Of a stretch of 64,000 bases of DNA, positions 17,173 through 26,751 are shown piece after piece. Source of the DNA: Candidatus Electryonea clarkiae (GTDB lineage: Bacteria; Electryoneota; Electryoneia; Electryoneales; Electryoneaceae). The notes under the pieces are model-generated. The model saw nothing but the letters and a program-made list of their open reading frames with translations, made no database searches and was not told where the DNA came from. The position numbers were made by a program, and so were the translations under genes. The stretch's first letter is position 1; the number at the start of each line of letters is the position of its first letter. The stretch lies in the NCBI GenBank assembly GCA_030765455.1, contig JAVCCM010000111.1, positions 5,410 to 69,409 of the forward strand, read 5' to 3'.

Positions 17173-18684
17173 CTACTTCTTAAAATACCCGAGGATAGTT
17201 TTTAATTCACTTATCCTTAGAATCCCGAAAACTATCAGGATCGCTGCGAAAACTAATACATAGCCTATACCTGATATAATAAGACACGGGAGTGTTTCGA
17301 TTCGTCCTTCTATACCCGGCAACCCGACAAGGCGGTAGAGTATAATCCATGATATTATTCCTGCAATTAGAGATGCAGATACCGGTCCCAGCCATGCTAC
17401 CCTGATAAAACGCCATGCAGGCTGTTTCAAGCCTGTCAACGCCTTTACTGTCATCATAGATTGCCCGATAACCGCCGCGGAAAAGGTTCCATACAAAACT
17501 CCTATAAAGCCGAAAAGATTATACAATACAATTGATAACACAATATTTGCGACAGCTTGAACAGATGCTGACGTTGCTTCCCACGACGGATGTCCGGCGC
17601 CGCGTGAACACAGACGGAGCGGCACCACAAGTGTCCATACCATGTAAGCGATTATCAGGAAACGCAATGCCAGGGTCATCAAGGGTTGTGGAAAAGAACC
17701 CAGCCAGAGGGTGAGCAGAGGGTGGGCGGCAACAATAATGAAGATTCCGACTGAAAGCGCTGCAATCGCCATGTATTTTCCGCTCTTGAGAAGAAGAGAA
17801 GTGAATTTTTCACTATCACCTTGTGAAGAAAATGTTGCAGCGGCAGGTTCTATCACATAATAGGCTGTGGTCGGGAGTAGATTGGCAGTTGATGCAGCTT
17901 TTGCTCCCACATCGTAATAGGTAACGTTTTCCAATCCTGCAACTCGTCCAAGCAAAACCCTGTCGAATTGTTGGTTGATAATATCCGCAATCCGCGCTAA
18001 TTGCACCTTGATTCCGAATGACCACATTTTGATGAAAGTAGCTTTATTTATTGATTGTACCCTGATTTTCCATCCCGGTGTTCCTTTAGCTCCTAACCAG
18101 AATGTGAATGTGAGTCTTAACAGGCTGATTACGACCACCGCACCAGCAAGACCATTAAGTCCCCAACCAGACGAGAGCGCTATTACGATACTGCCGGCAT
18201 TGGCAATTGCCAGGAAAATATTTAACAGGGCAAGAGAACCGGTTCGATGTGTGGAGAAGAAGAGAGAACGACCGTAATTAGTTAGAAAACCAAGCGATAA
18301 AACAACTATTAAAGCTCGCCAGACCCAGTATGCAGTTAATCCGAACTGTCCGGCTCCAGGGAAAAATCCGATGAATAACTTTTCAAAGAGAACACCAAGA
18401 ATCAGGACCAATGATGCAACTGTTGCCATGATAGTCAACCCGGTGGAAAATACGGATAATTTTTCGTCTTCATCACCAGACGAAAGAGCGGCAACGAAAT
18501 GGCGGTTCAGGCTTGCAGCGAATCCAAGATCAGCAAGATTCAGGTAAACGGTAATGGCATAAAACAACGCCCAAAGACCATAAGCGTCAGTTCCAAGTCT
18601 GTGTAATGTAAAAGGTACGACAAAAAGGGCAAGCGCCGCTTCGATAGCACGGTGTACTGCTGTGAGGGCAGTTCCTCTTACCAT
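17173..18684 (-). CDS. polysaccharide/oligosaccharide flippase (Wzx/MOP superfamily)
   Basis: 503 aa with about 12-14 hydrophobic segments. The N-terminal pattern ..RLGTDAYGLWALFYAI..YLNLADLG is typical of polysaccharide biosynthesis (Polysacc_synt) proteins. Confidence 0.65.
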   Translation of the reverse strand: MVRGTALTAVHRAIEAALALFVVPFTLHRLGTDAYGLWALFYAITVYLNLADLGFAASLNRHFVAALSSGDEDEKLSVFSTGLTIMATVASLVLILGVLFEKLFIGFFPGAGQFGLTAYWVWRALIVVLSLGFLTNYGRSLFFSTHRTGSLALLNIFLAIANAGSIVIALSSGWGLNGLAGAVVVISLLRLTFTFWLGAKGTPGWKIRVQSINKATFIKMWSFGIKVQLARIADIINQQFDRVLLGRVAGLENVTYYDVGAKAASTANLLPTTAYYVIEPAAATFSSQGDSEKFTSLLLKSGKYMAIAALSVGIFIIVAAHPLLTLWLGSFPQPLMTLALRFLIIAYMVWTLVVPLRLCSRGAGHPSWEATSASVQAVANIVLSIVLYNLFGFIGVLYGTFSAAVIGQSMMTVKALTGLKQPAWRFIRVAWLGPVSASLIAGIISWIILYRLVGLPGIEGRIETLPCLIISGIGYVLVFAAILIVFGILRISELKTILGYFKK

Positions 18685-18754
18685 CCTCCCGGCAATATTA
18701 TCGGTATTTTCCGAGGATTCCGACCCGTTTCCTGATGCTTTTCCGCTGCTCGTT

Positions 18755-19714
18755 TCAATCCTCCGAGGTTGAACCGCCCTCTTTTTCTGAGGATGAACTC
18801 ACTGATTTAAAAGAGGGAGATTTTGCGGTAAGTAATAAAAGAAATTCGGCAATTCTCTGTTTCAATTCCAGCCTTGGAACAACCTGGTCTATAAATCCAT
18901 GATCCACCAGGAACTCGCTTCGTTGAAAACCTTCAGGCAGGTCCTGTCCAATAGTCTGTTTAATAACCCGCGGTCCGGCAAATCCGATTAAAGCCTCCGG
19001 CTCGGCTAAATTCAAATCGCCCAACATGCTGTAGCTGGCAGTAGTGCCGCCCGTAGTAGGATCGGTGAGTACAGAGATGAACGGGAGTTTTTCCTTCGCC
19101 AGGCGAGTAAGCCGGGCGGAAGTTTTTGCCATCTGCATCAGGCTGATAACTCCCTCCTGCATTCGCATTCCACCACTGCATGAAATGATAATCAGGCTGC
19201 GTTTTTTCTGTATTGCCCGGTCAATTGCGCGCGAAATTTTTTCGCCGACTACGCTGCCAACAGAGCCGCCTAAAAAGGAAAAATCCATAACAGCTAAAAC
19301 AATTTCATGTCCATCCAGATTCGCTTCGCCGACTTGTACCGCTTCGTTGCGACCTGTTTTTTTCATAGATGCGGCAATTCGGTCAGTATATTTCTTTGAA
19401 TCACGGAAATCAAGCGGGTCCTGAGATTTCATTCCTTCTTCGAAAGGTTTCCATGTGCCTTCATCAGTTAATAAGGTGATATAACTTTCGCTACTCAATC
19501 TCATATGGTGACCGCATTCAGGGCAGATATAGTAATTTCTTTCGAGTTTTTTGGCGTATAGCACTGCCTCGCATGATTTGCAGTTTACCCAAAGACCCTC
19601 CGGCAGCTCTCGTTTTTTTGAACCTTCGAGATTGTCAGAAGTACGTTTGAACCAGTTAGCCATATATTTTTCCGTTCCTATTTTACGTTTTATGTCTGAT
19701 CCATAAGGATACAA
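18755..19714 (-). CDS. accD: acetyl-CoA carboxylase carboxyltransferase beta subunit
   Basis: Zn-ribbon CKSCEAVLY...CPECGHH plus the carboxyltransferase core (MDFSFLGGSVGSVVGEK, GGMRMQEG). The likely true start is the internal Met (MANWFKR) at 19663. Confidence 0.9.
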   Translation of the reverse strand: MYPYGSDIKRKIGTEKYMANWFKRTSDNLEGSKKRELPEGLWVNCKSCEAVLYAKKLERNYYICPECGHHMRLSSESYITLLTDEGTWKPFEEGMKSQDPLDFRDSKKYTDRIAASMKKTGRNEAVQVGEANLDGHEIVLAVMDFSFLGGSVGSVVGEKISRAIDRAIQKKRSLIIISCSGGMRMQEGVISLMQMAKTSARLTRLAKEKLPFISVLTDPTTGGTTASYSMLGDLNLAEPEALIGFAGPRVIKQTIGQDLPEGFQRSEFLVDHGFIDQVVPRLELKQRIAEFLLLLTAKSPSFKSVSSSSEKEGGSTSED

Positions 19715-19887
19715 ATAAGATAGAGGTTAATTCAGGAAGATTGGATAAGTCAACTCTATTTAATAATTCTTTTTCATCATGAAGTACATGAAGGTATTTT
19801 CATATTCCTATCAATGGCAAGCCAAACCAATAATATTACAAGATGCAAGGATATCAACGAATCAGTGGATTTTTTCTTTGCCCCTTC

Positions 19888-19904
19888 GCGTCTTTGCGTG
19901 AAAA
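19888..19904. repeat. 17-mer REP-like motif (inverse copy at 41874-41890)
   Basis: GCGTCTTTGCGTGAAAA here is the exact reverse complement of TTTTCACGCAAAGACGC at 41874-41890. Both are intergenic. Confidence 0.6.
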
Positions 19905-19963
19905 AAAGGTTAGAGAAATTTAAATTCGCCACCACAAAATGATTGATTTTAAGGACTTACGAA

Positions 19964-20836
19964 CTATTTTGTTTCAAGCTTTTTATCGATGGTTTTTATT
20001 CTGAGGGCAACATTTATAGCCTGCAACACTTCAGCCACATCATGAACTCTAACCAATTCAACGCCCTCCAGGGCACAGACCGTAACTGCGGCAAGCGTGC
20101 CGGACAGACGGTTTTCCGGCAATGATCCACCAGCAGGAGCAAGGAAACTTTTTCGCGACGGTCCCACAACCAAAGGATATCCTAATTCCCTGAATTCATT
20201 CAGGTTTGCAAGTACTGTGTAATTATCTTCAGCAGATTTTCCGAATCCGATGCCGGGATCAAGAATCAATTTGTCTCTCCTGAGTCCAGCATTTAAAAAA
20301 ATACGTTCACGATTATTAAAATACGACTTTAGATCACTAATAAGCTCATCGTAATGGATATCTTTCTGCATGGTTTTGGGTTTTCCACGCATATGCATGG
20401 CAATATAATAGACATCATTTTCTGCCGCCACATCAATGATTTCCGGATCATGCTCACCTGCGGATACATCATTGATAATTGAAGCTCCCGCTTCAATTGC
20501 AAGTTTTGCCACTTCCGCTTTCCGGGTATCTATTGATATGGGGATCTTCACTTCTTCTGCAAGCTTGCTGATCACCGGGATTACTCGTTCAAGTTCTGTC
20601 TGTATGGTTACTTCATCCGAACCGGGTCTCGTTGATTCACCCCCGACATCGAGAACAGCAGCTCCATCATCAGCCAGTTTGATTCCATGAGCTACGGCTG
20701 AATCAATAGTATCATGCATTCCTCCGTCATAAAAACTGTCTGGAGTAACATTTACGATTCCCATAATACGGGTTTTATCCCCGCATTTAATTTTAAAACT
20801 ATTCGGCTTTCGGTTCATTATTTTCTTTATTTGCAA
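19964..20836 (-). CDS. folP: dihydropteroate synthase
   Basis: IMGIVNVTPDSFYDGG, DVGGESTRPG and GFGK motifs. The start is probably an internal Met, because the annotated 5' end overlaps the upstream ORF by 38 nt. Confidence 0.9.
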   Translation of the reverse strand: MQIKKIMNRKPNSFKIKCGDKTRIMGIVNVTPDSFYDGGMHDTIDSAVAHGIKLADDGAAVLDVGGESTRPGSDEVTIQTELERVIPVISKLAEEVKIPISIDTRKAEVAKLAIEAGASIINDVSAGEHDPEIIDVAAENDVYYIAMHMRGKPKTMQKDIHYDELISDLKSYFNNRERIFLNAGLRRDKLILDPGIGFGKSAEDNYTVLANLNEFRELGYPLVVGPSRKSFLAPAGGSLPENRLSGTLAAVTVCALEGVELVRVHDVAEVLQAINVALRIKTIDKKLETK

Positions 20837-21350
20837 GAGTTTTCTCGCCGTAAGTATATGCAGCTTTAAAACGGATGGAGTCTTCTTTTGCGTCCACCAG
20901 TCTTCCGAAGGTTAGCCCATACCCATGATATTTTTGAGTTTTGATATCGTACGTGAATATTTTGCCTGCACCATGAGGCATGGATACCAGGGAGGTGGCA
21001 ATGACCAGCAGGGTGGAGTCCATTTTCGCTTCCCACCATCCTTTTTCAGATTTTCCATTAAAAGGTAGGCTGCTGATCTTTGCATATGATAAAATCTCCT
21101 GCAATCCCCGGGGCCATCTCTTGTTGCTCATACGAAACATCATGGTCAAATTGGCAGTGGCATTAACAGCAGTCATAGCATCCCAAAGTATGGCAACGTC
21201 AACAGAATCAAATGTGTTTTCCGGTTCAGCTTCTACCTTGTTTTCACCTGTATGATTTCCACATTGAATTATCAATATTGAGGAAAATATCAGCAAGAAT
21301 ATCATTGAAAATTTAGATATTATTATGGTAATATTTTTCATCTGCATCAC
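20799..21350 (-). CDS. hypothetical exported protein
   Basis: 183 aa with an N-terminal hydrophobic segment, ITIIISKFSMIFLLIFSSILIIQC. No known motif. Tightly packed between the TPR gene and folP. Confidence 0.5.
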   Translation of the reverse strand: MMQMKNITIIISKFSMIFLLIFSSILIIQCGNHTGENKVEAEPENTFDSVDVAILWDAMTAVNATANLTMMFRMSNKRWPRGLQEILSYAKISSLPFNGKSEKGWWEAKMDSTLLVIATSLVSMPHGAGKIFTYDIKTQKYHGYGLTFGRLVDAKEDSIRFKAAYTYGEKTLANKENNEPKAE

Positions 21351-21353
21351 TGA

Positions 21354-23015
21354 TTACTCCGTTTCAATCATTTCAGGTATCCGGGAAGCTTCGGATGTAT
21401 CTTCATCGACAGAAGAACCGAGACGCCATTCCGGTAATCGCATATTCGATGCCCCTTTTCCGGTAACTATCCTGCGAATTCTTTCTCTCGACACTCGTGC
21501 AAAAAAATCTTTAGTTACTTCGGTTCGTTTTGCCCATCGCCAGCGTAATTGGTTCAAAGCATTCAAAGTATCGTTATTTGCTAAATAGTAAAGTGCAAGG
21601 TAATAGTGCGCATCTCTTGGACCGTCATGTTCAATAGATTTGAGAAAATCATCCCTTGCTTCCTCATCTTTCATAAGCTCCCTGTGAACAATTCCAAGAT
21701 TATATAAAGCGTTTGGATCGTTGGGTTTTATTTCAAGGAGGTGATTCAATACTATTTCAGCAGAGTCAAATTGAGAAGTGTGCATGGCAACTACCGCTTT
21801 CATCATCAAAAGTCTTGGTTGATGGGGATTCAGGAGAAGTCCCTTATCTACCAGCCTTTGGGCGACCGATTTTTGTAAAAGATTATCGCGTGAATATCGA
21901 TAACGGAGGCGTCTCGCTTCAGGATTGGACGGACGAAGCCTTAAAGCATAATCCAATATCTTTTCTCTTCCACCCATGCGTAACGCTATTACTTCATAAG
22001 AATCCAATTGCAAAAGTTCGCACACCGGATCAGGATCGCGGGGGTTATTGCGATAAGAATATTTTAATCCGGCGATAGCAGTTTTTCTTTCCAATCCGGT
22101 TGAAAACAGCATCTTGCTATGAATATAATGCGCTCTTGCAGAACGAGTATCAAGTTTGATGGCTTTTCGTACAGCATACTCAGTTTTATCTCGCATATCA
22201 GGGAAATATGTACGGTAATATTTATCTGCAATAGCTTCCCAGAGCACTGCTTCAGACGAATCAGGACTTGTGAAAGCCTCGCTCAGAACCTTTATCGCTG
22301 ATTCGCAGGAATTTAATGTATCGGCAACAAATAAGGCTGTCAGAATCTCTTGCGACAACAGGGAATTATCTGTAATTTGTTTTGATGATAACTTCCAAAT
22401 TTGTGATAACTTCATTGCTGCGTTTCGCCCGGCAGAGGCGGGACTTGATCCTTTTGCGGACACATCATGTATTCCAATGATTTCACCGTTCCACTTAATT
22501 TTCCAGGCTTTAAGAGTTAAATAAGACTGGTTTTCGGTTTCCCTGTAATTTCCTTCCGCAACAAAAGAAGCATCTATCAGGGTTGCGCCTTTGGATAATT
22601 CACTGGACCCATTAGTCGTATCAGAAGGTCCTTTTCGTTTAAGTAATTCTTTCCCAACGTCTGTTGTTTGAAATCCTACTATTTTCTTATTTAATTGCTC
22701 AAGGGATTTCTCCAATGCAAATTTAGCGCAATCAGCATTGCCTTCATTCTGTTCGGAGGTTTGAAAGGGTTGTACCCATAGCAATTCTGGGACAAGCAGG
22801 GGTGGATGACGAACTCTTTGTACGGTGTAAAACCCAATAACGGCGATAGTGAAAATAACTCCTATCCTGCGGTAAGTTAAGGAGCTGACGACACGGGATG
22901 AAAAAAATGTAAAACTCCATATTGCCCACCCGGAAACAAGGATCACAACATAAAGACCGAATCCACCCATGATGGTTCCGGATAGTTGGTAGAAGAGGAA
23001 TTGTGAAGGACTCAT
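21354..23015 (-). CDS. membrane-anchored TPR-repeat protein
   Basis: 553 aa with two or three N-terminal TM segments. C-terminal TPR-like repeats (..NALYNLGIVHRELMKDEEARDDFLKSIE.., ..AHYYLALYYLANND..). Confidence 0.7.
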   Translation of the reverse strand: MSPSQFLFYQLSGTIMGGFGLYVVILVSGWAIWSFTFFSSRVVSSLTYRRIGVIFTIAVIGFYTVQRVRHPPLLVPELLWVQPFQTSEQNEGNADCAKFALEKSLEQLNKKIVGFQTTDVGKELLKRKGPSDTTNGSSELSKGATLIDASFVAEGNYRETENQSYLTLKAWKIKWNGEIIGIHDVSAKGSSPASAGRNAAMKLSQIWKLSSKQITDNSLLSQEILTALFVADTLNSCESAIKVLSEAFTSPDSSEAVLWEAIADKYYRTYFPDMRDKTEYAVRKAIKLDTRSARAHYIHSKMLFSTGLERKTAIAGLKYSYRNNPRDPDPVCELLQLDSYEVIALRMGGREKILDYALRLRPSNPEARRLRYRYSRDNLLQKSVAQRLVDKGLLLNPHQPRLLMMKAVVAMHTSQFDSAEIVLNHLLEIKPNDPNALYNLGIVHRELMKDEEARDDFLKSIEHDGPRDAHYYLALYYLANNDTLNALNQLRWRWAKRTEVTKDFFARVSRERIRRIVTGKGASNMRLPEWRLGSSVDEDTSEASRIPEMIETE

Positions 23016-23019
23016 ATTT

Positions 23020-23610
23020 TCATCGCTCTTTCAACAGGTTGAGAGCTTCAAGTCGAGTTGCCTGCTTACGCAGGTAACCACGCATAGCGGAGGTAATTGC
23101 CTCTGATTGTTCCTTCTTTACACCGCGCATTGAGATACACAGATGATGGGCTCGAATAACAACCAGAAGCCCCGCGGGCTTGAGATTTCCATTAAGGAAA
23201 TCACATATCTGCGTCGTCATCCGTTCCTGGATCTGGGGCTGATGCGCGAAATGTTCTACTACTTTGATCAGGGTGGAAAATCCCGCTATGCGGTTGTTAT
23301 TTGGAATGTAAGCTAATGAAACAGAGCCCCAGAACGGCAGGAGGTGATGCTCGCAGAAACTGTAAAACGGTATATCCTTCATCAGGATCATTTCGTCCTG
23401 ATTTTCAACAGGATAAGTCTTGAAGGTAGTCTCGAGATCGTTCTCTACACCTCTGAATAAATCCTGGTACATTTCAGCAACTCTTTGGGGAGTATTCTTT
23501 AAACCTACTCGTTCAGGGTCTTCGCCAATTCCTTCGATAATAAGACGAACTCCCTGTTCAATTTTTGACTTGTCCATTTTTTCGCACCTGTTGAATTTGT
23601 AATCGTTCAA
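23020..23610 (-). CDS. folE: GTP cyclohydrolase I
   Basis: FYSFCEHHLLPFWG, the ..ERMT block and the R.H.C..MRGV pattern of FolE. 196 aa. Confidence 0.9.
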   Translation of the reverse strand: MNDYKFNRCEKMDKSKIEQGVRLIIEGIGEDPERVGLKNTPQRVAEMYQDLFRGVENDLETTFKTYPVENQDEMILMKDIPFYSFCEHHLLPFWGSVSLAYIPNNNRIAGFSTLIKVVEHFAHQPQIQERMTTQICDFLNGNLKPAGLLVVIRAHHLCISMRGVKKEQSEAITSAMRGYLRKQATRLEALNLLKER

Positions 23611-23810
23611 CCGACAAGTTACGCAGGGCTCGAAGAAAGGTCAATCACATGGTGAAAACATTCCTTTTTGAAACACATCATCGAATCAGTAGAGTTACCC
23701 ACAATGGAGAAAGAAATTAAGAAGCTCTTGTAGATTGCTTCACTGATTTGGAGTATTATACTACTCGCTTTATATTTCCTGTTCATTTCTACTATAAAAG
23801 GGTAATTCTG

Positions 23811-24302
23811 ATGCCGGACGAACGTGTAGCGATATATCCAGGTACTTTTGACCCAATCACAAATGGTCATGTGGATATTATACAAAGAGCTGTAGATCTT
23901 TTTGACAGGGTTGTGGTTGCTCTCGCTTTGAATCCGGGAAAAGAGCCGCTTTTTTCAATTGAAGAGCGTGAAGAGATGGTCAGGGAGGCTATGAATGGAT
24001 GGGAAAGAGTTGAGGTCGCCATTCTCGATGGTCTGGCGGTTGAAGGAGCAGCGAAGCATAATGCAATAGCCTTAATTCGAGGTCTTAGAGCAGTATCGGA
24101 CTTTGAGTACGAATTCCAGATGGCTTTAATGAATATGCATCTTGCTCCGAATTTGCATACTGTTTACCTCATGCCTAACGAGAAATACACATACCTTAAC
24201 AGCACTATCATCAAAGGGGTAGCATTACATGGTGGCAATATCAGCAGATTTGTTCCATCGAATGTAGAGAAAAAATTATTTCAAAAATACAATGATAAAT
24301 AA
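23811..24302 (+). CDS. coaD: pantetheine-phosphate adenylyltransferase
   Basis: AIYPGTFDPITNGHVDII, then ..RGLRAVSDFEYE..MA.MN. I take the start at the ATG at 23811 (MPDERVAIY) rather than the upstream ORF-track Met. Confidence 0.9.
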   Translation: MPDERVAIYPGTFDPITNGHVDIIQRAVDLFDRVVVALALNPGKEPLFSIEEREEMVREAMNGWERVEVAILDGLAVEGAAKHNAIALIRGLRAVSDFEYEFQMALMNMHLAPNLHTVYLMPNEKYTYLNSTIIKGVALHGGNISRFVPSNVEKKLFQKYNDK

Positions 24303-24493
24303 ACAATCCCGTTATAATCCAGCTACTCAAAATAGTTGCACAGAAACGCTTAGCTGCCATGAACAAAATTTGTTGAGTTATTGATAGAGTCTGGAAAAAT
24401 GAAAACAATCTTTATGCCGGATCATTTTTAGAAATCTTTTGGATATTTCATGATGATCAAAAGGTGTCATTTACGAAAAAGGAGATTCTTGCC

Positions 24494-26587
24494 ATGATTA
24501 AGTCCGTGTATATCACTTCCACTGAAGAGTCAAGCGGTAAATCCGCAATCACACTTGGTGTTATCCATTTGTTGAAGCAGCGAATAGATCGTGTTTCTTG
24601 CATAAAACCTATCGGTCAAAGATTTCGTGGCGATTCAGAGATAGATGAAGACGTTTTATTAATTAAAAATGTTTTCAATGTTCCTCATGATCCATCATTG
24701 ATGAGTCCTGTTACCCTCGACAAAGCACAGCATCTGATCGGGGAAGGGCGCAGCAATGAGTTGATCGAAATAGTCCTGGAAGCCTATCAGGAAATAGAAA
24801 AAGACAGTGAAATTGTGGTGATTGAGGGTTCTGATTATAGCGGCTCCCTGGCGGCTTTTGAGTTCGACTTGAACGCTGAACTCTCGATGAACCTGTCGGC
24901 TCCTATTCTTTTAATTGCCAACGCTGATGGAAGAACCATTGAAGAAATATTAAATAATATCGAGATATCCAAGGAGTCCTTTGACGAGAAAGGTTGTGAT
25001 TTCCTTGGTGTGATCGTTAATAAGCTCGCTACTGAAAATTTTGATAAACGAGCAAAAAAAATACGCAGGGGTCTTAAGAAGCTGGAAATTCCGTTATTCG
25101 GAATTATGCCAATGGCTCCTATGCTTTCACAACCGCGTGTGGGTGAAATTGCTGCCAAGATTGGAGCAAAAGTAATATATGGTCGAAGAAATTTGAAAAA
25201 TCTTGTTTCAGAAACAAAAGTAGCTGCAATGCTTACCAGGAACATATTGGGACGCATTAATGAAGGAGTCCTGATAGTAACACCAGGTGATCGAGATGAT
25301 GTATTAATCGCAGCAATGATGTCTCGTGTAGCGAATAGCTATCCCAGTATCGCAGGTGTGGTTTTAACCGGGGGAATCGAACCCCCAAAATCTGTTATGA
25401 AACTTATCAGAGGCTTGTCCGGTTTTCGTGTCCCAGTTCTGGCAATGCCAACAGATACATTTGATACTGCATTAAAGATTTCTAAGATCAACACCAGCCT
25501 TTTTTCCACGGATAAAAGGAAGTTGGGTCTCGTTCAAGCGCTTATGAGTAAACATGTCGAACAGGAAGCATTAGAAAATGTATTTGAGATAGAAGCACCT
25601 CGCAAAACAACTCCAATTGCTTTTCTTCACAAGTTGGTCAGCATGGCTGCAAGTGATAGAAAACGAATTGTAATGCCCGAAGGCGATGAGGAGAGAACAC
25701 TCTGCGCCTCACAACGTATCGTTGAGAGAGGAATAGCGGATATAATTCTTCTTGGAGATGAAAAGAAAATTCAGAAAGCTGCGATTAAGTTCGGAGTTGC
25801 GCTTGGCAACATTCAGATACTAGATCCGACCAATGCGCCGCAATTAGATGAATATATCTCCATATATATGGAATTACGGAAACATAAGAATATCACTGAA
25901 TATAATGCCCGTGACTTGATGATGGATCCTATATATTTCGGAACCATGATGGTGCATAAAGGCGATGCTGACGGTCTCGTTTCCGGAGCAGTGCATACTA
26001 CTGCCCATACAATCCTGCCGGCTTTTCAGATTATTAAGACCAAGCCGGGAATCTCCCTGGTTTCATCGATCTTTTTCATGTGCCTGCCGGATAAAGTATT
26101 GGTTTATGGCGATTGTGCTGTCAATCCAAACCCGGGTTCTGCTGAACTTGCTGATATTGCTATCGCAAGCGCCAACACTGTTGCCGCTTTTGACTTTGAG
26201 CCATATGTCGCTATGCTGAGCTATAGTACCGGCGAATCAGGAACAGGACCCCAGGTTGAGAGAATTCGTGAGGCGACAGCAATAATCAAGAAAAATGCCC
26301 CGGATCTCAAAGTCGAGGGACCAATTCAATACGATGCGGCAATCTCACCCAAAACCGCAAAAGCCAAGCTACCGGGAAGCGCCGTAGCGGGTCGGGCAAA
26401 TGTGTTTATTTTTCCTGATCTGGATGCTGGAAATACCGCCTACAAAGCAGTGCAAAGATCAGCAAATGCTATTGCAGTGGGACCTGTTTTACAAGGTCTT
26501 AACAAACCGGTAAATGACCTGAGCAGGGGTTGTCTGATAGAGGATATTATTTATACTGTAGCTATCACGGCTATTCAAGCGCAATGA
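24494..26587 (+). CDS. pta: phosphate acetyltransferase, long form (AAA-like/DRTGG N-terminal part + PTA domain)
   Basis: N-terminal TSTEESSGKSAITLG, a DRTGG-like region (VTPGDRDDV), and the C-terminal PTA core (..MLSYSTGESG.., ..IFPDLDAGN.AYK..). AAGGAG lies 9 nt before the ATG at 24494. Confidence 0.9.
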   Translation: MIKSVYITSTEESSGKSAITLGVIHLLKQRIDRVSCIKPIGQRFRGDSEIDEDVLLIKNVFNVPHDPSLMSPVTLDKAQHLIGEGRSNELIEIVLEAYQEIEKDSEIVVIEGSDYSGSLAAFEFDLNAELSMNLSAPILLIANADGRTIEEILNNIEISKESFDEKGCDFLGVIVNKLATENFDKRAKKIRRGLKKLEIPLFGIMPMAPMLSQPRVGEIAAKIGAKVIYGRRNLKNLVSETKVAAMLTRNILGRINEGVLIVTPGDRDDVLIAAMMSRVANSYPSIAGVVLTGGIEPPKSVMKLIRGLSGFRVPVLAMPTDTFDTALKISKINTSLFSTDKRKLGLVQALMSKHVEQEALENVFEIEAPRKTTPIAFLHKLVSMAASDRKRIVMPEGDEERTLCASQRIVERGIADIILLGDEKKIQKAAIKFGVALGNIQILDPTNAPQLDEYISIYMELRKHKNITEYNARDLMMDPIYFGTMMVHKGDADGLVSGAVHTTAHTILPAFQIIKTKPGISLVSSIFFMCLPDKVLVYGDCAVNPNPGSAELADIAIASANTVAAFDFEPYVAMLSYSTGESGTGPQVERIREATAIIKKNAPDLKVEGPIQYDAAISPKTAKAKLPGSAVAGRANVFIFPDLDAGNTAYKAVQRSANAIAVGPVLQGLNKPVNDLSRGCLIEDIIYTVAITAIQAQ

Positions 26588-26598
26588 AATCTCTATCA

Positions 26599-26722
26599 GG
26601 AAGTAGCTCGCTTTCGCCAGGTAGTTCACTTTCGCCGAAAGTGAGTCAGATAGTAGTAACTTCATCATATGAAACGATTCACTTTCGGCGAAAGTGAACT
26701 ACTTAGGAAGCGAAATACTTAA
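26599..26722. repeat. REP-like element, family 2 (two inverted copies of a 21-nt palindrome unit)
   Basis: GTAGTTCACTTTCGCCGAAAGTGA (26621-26644) and TCACTTTCGGCGAAAGTGAACTAC (26679-26702) are reverse complements. Each also contains the self-complementary TTCACTTTCG.CGAAAGTGAA. A third unit lies at 51597-51617. Confidence 0.8.
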
Positions 26723-26751
26723 GGGATTTCAGAAAAAAGGCAAAACAACCT

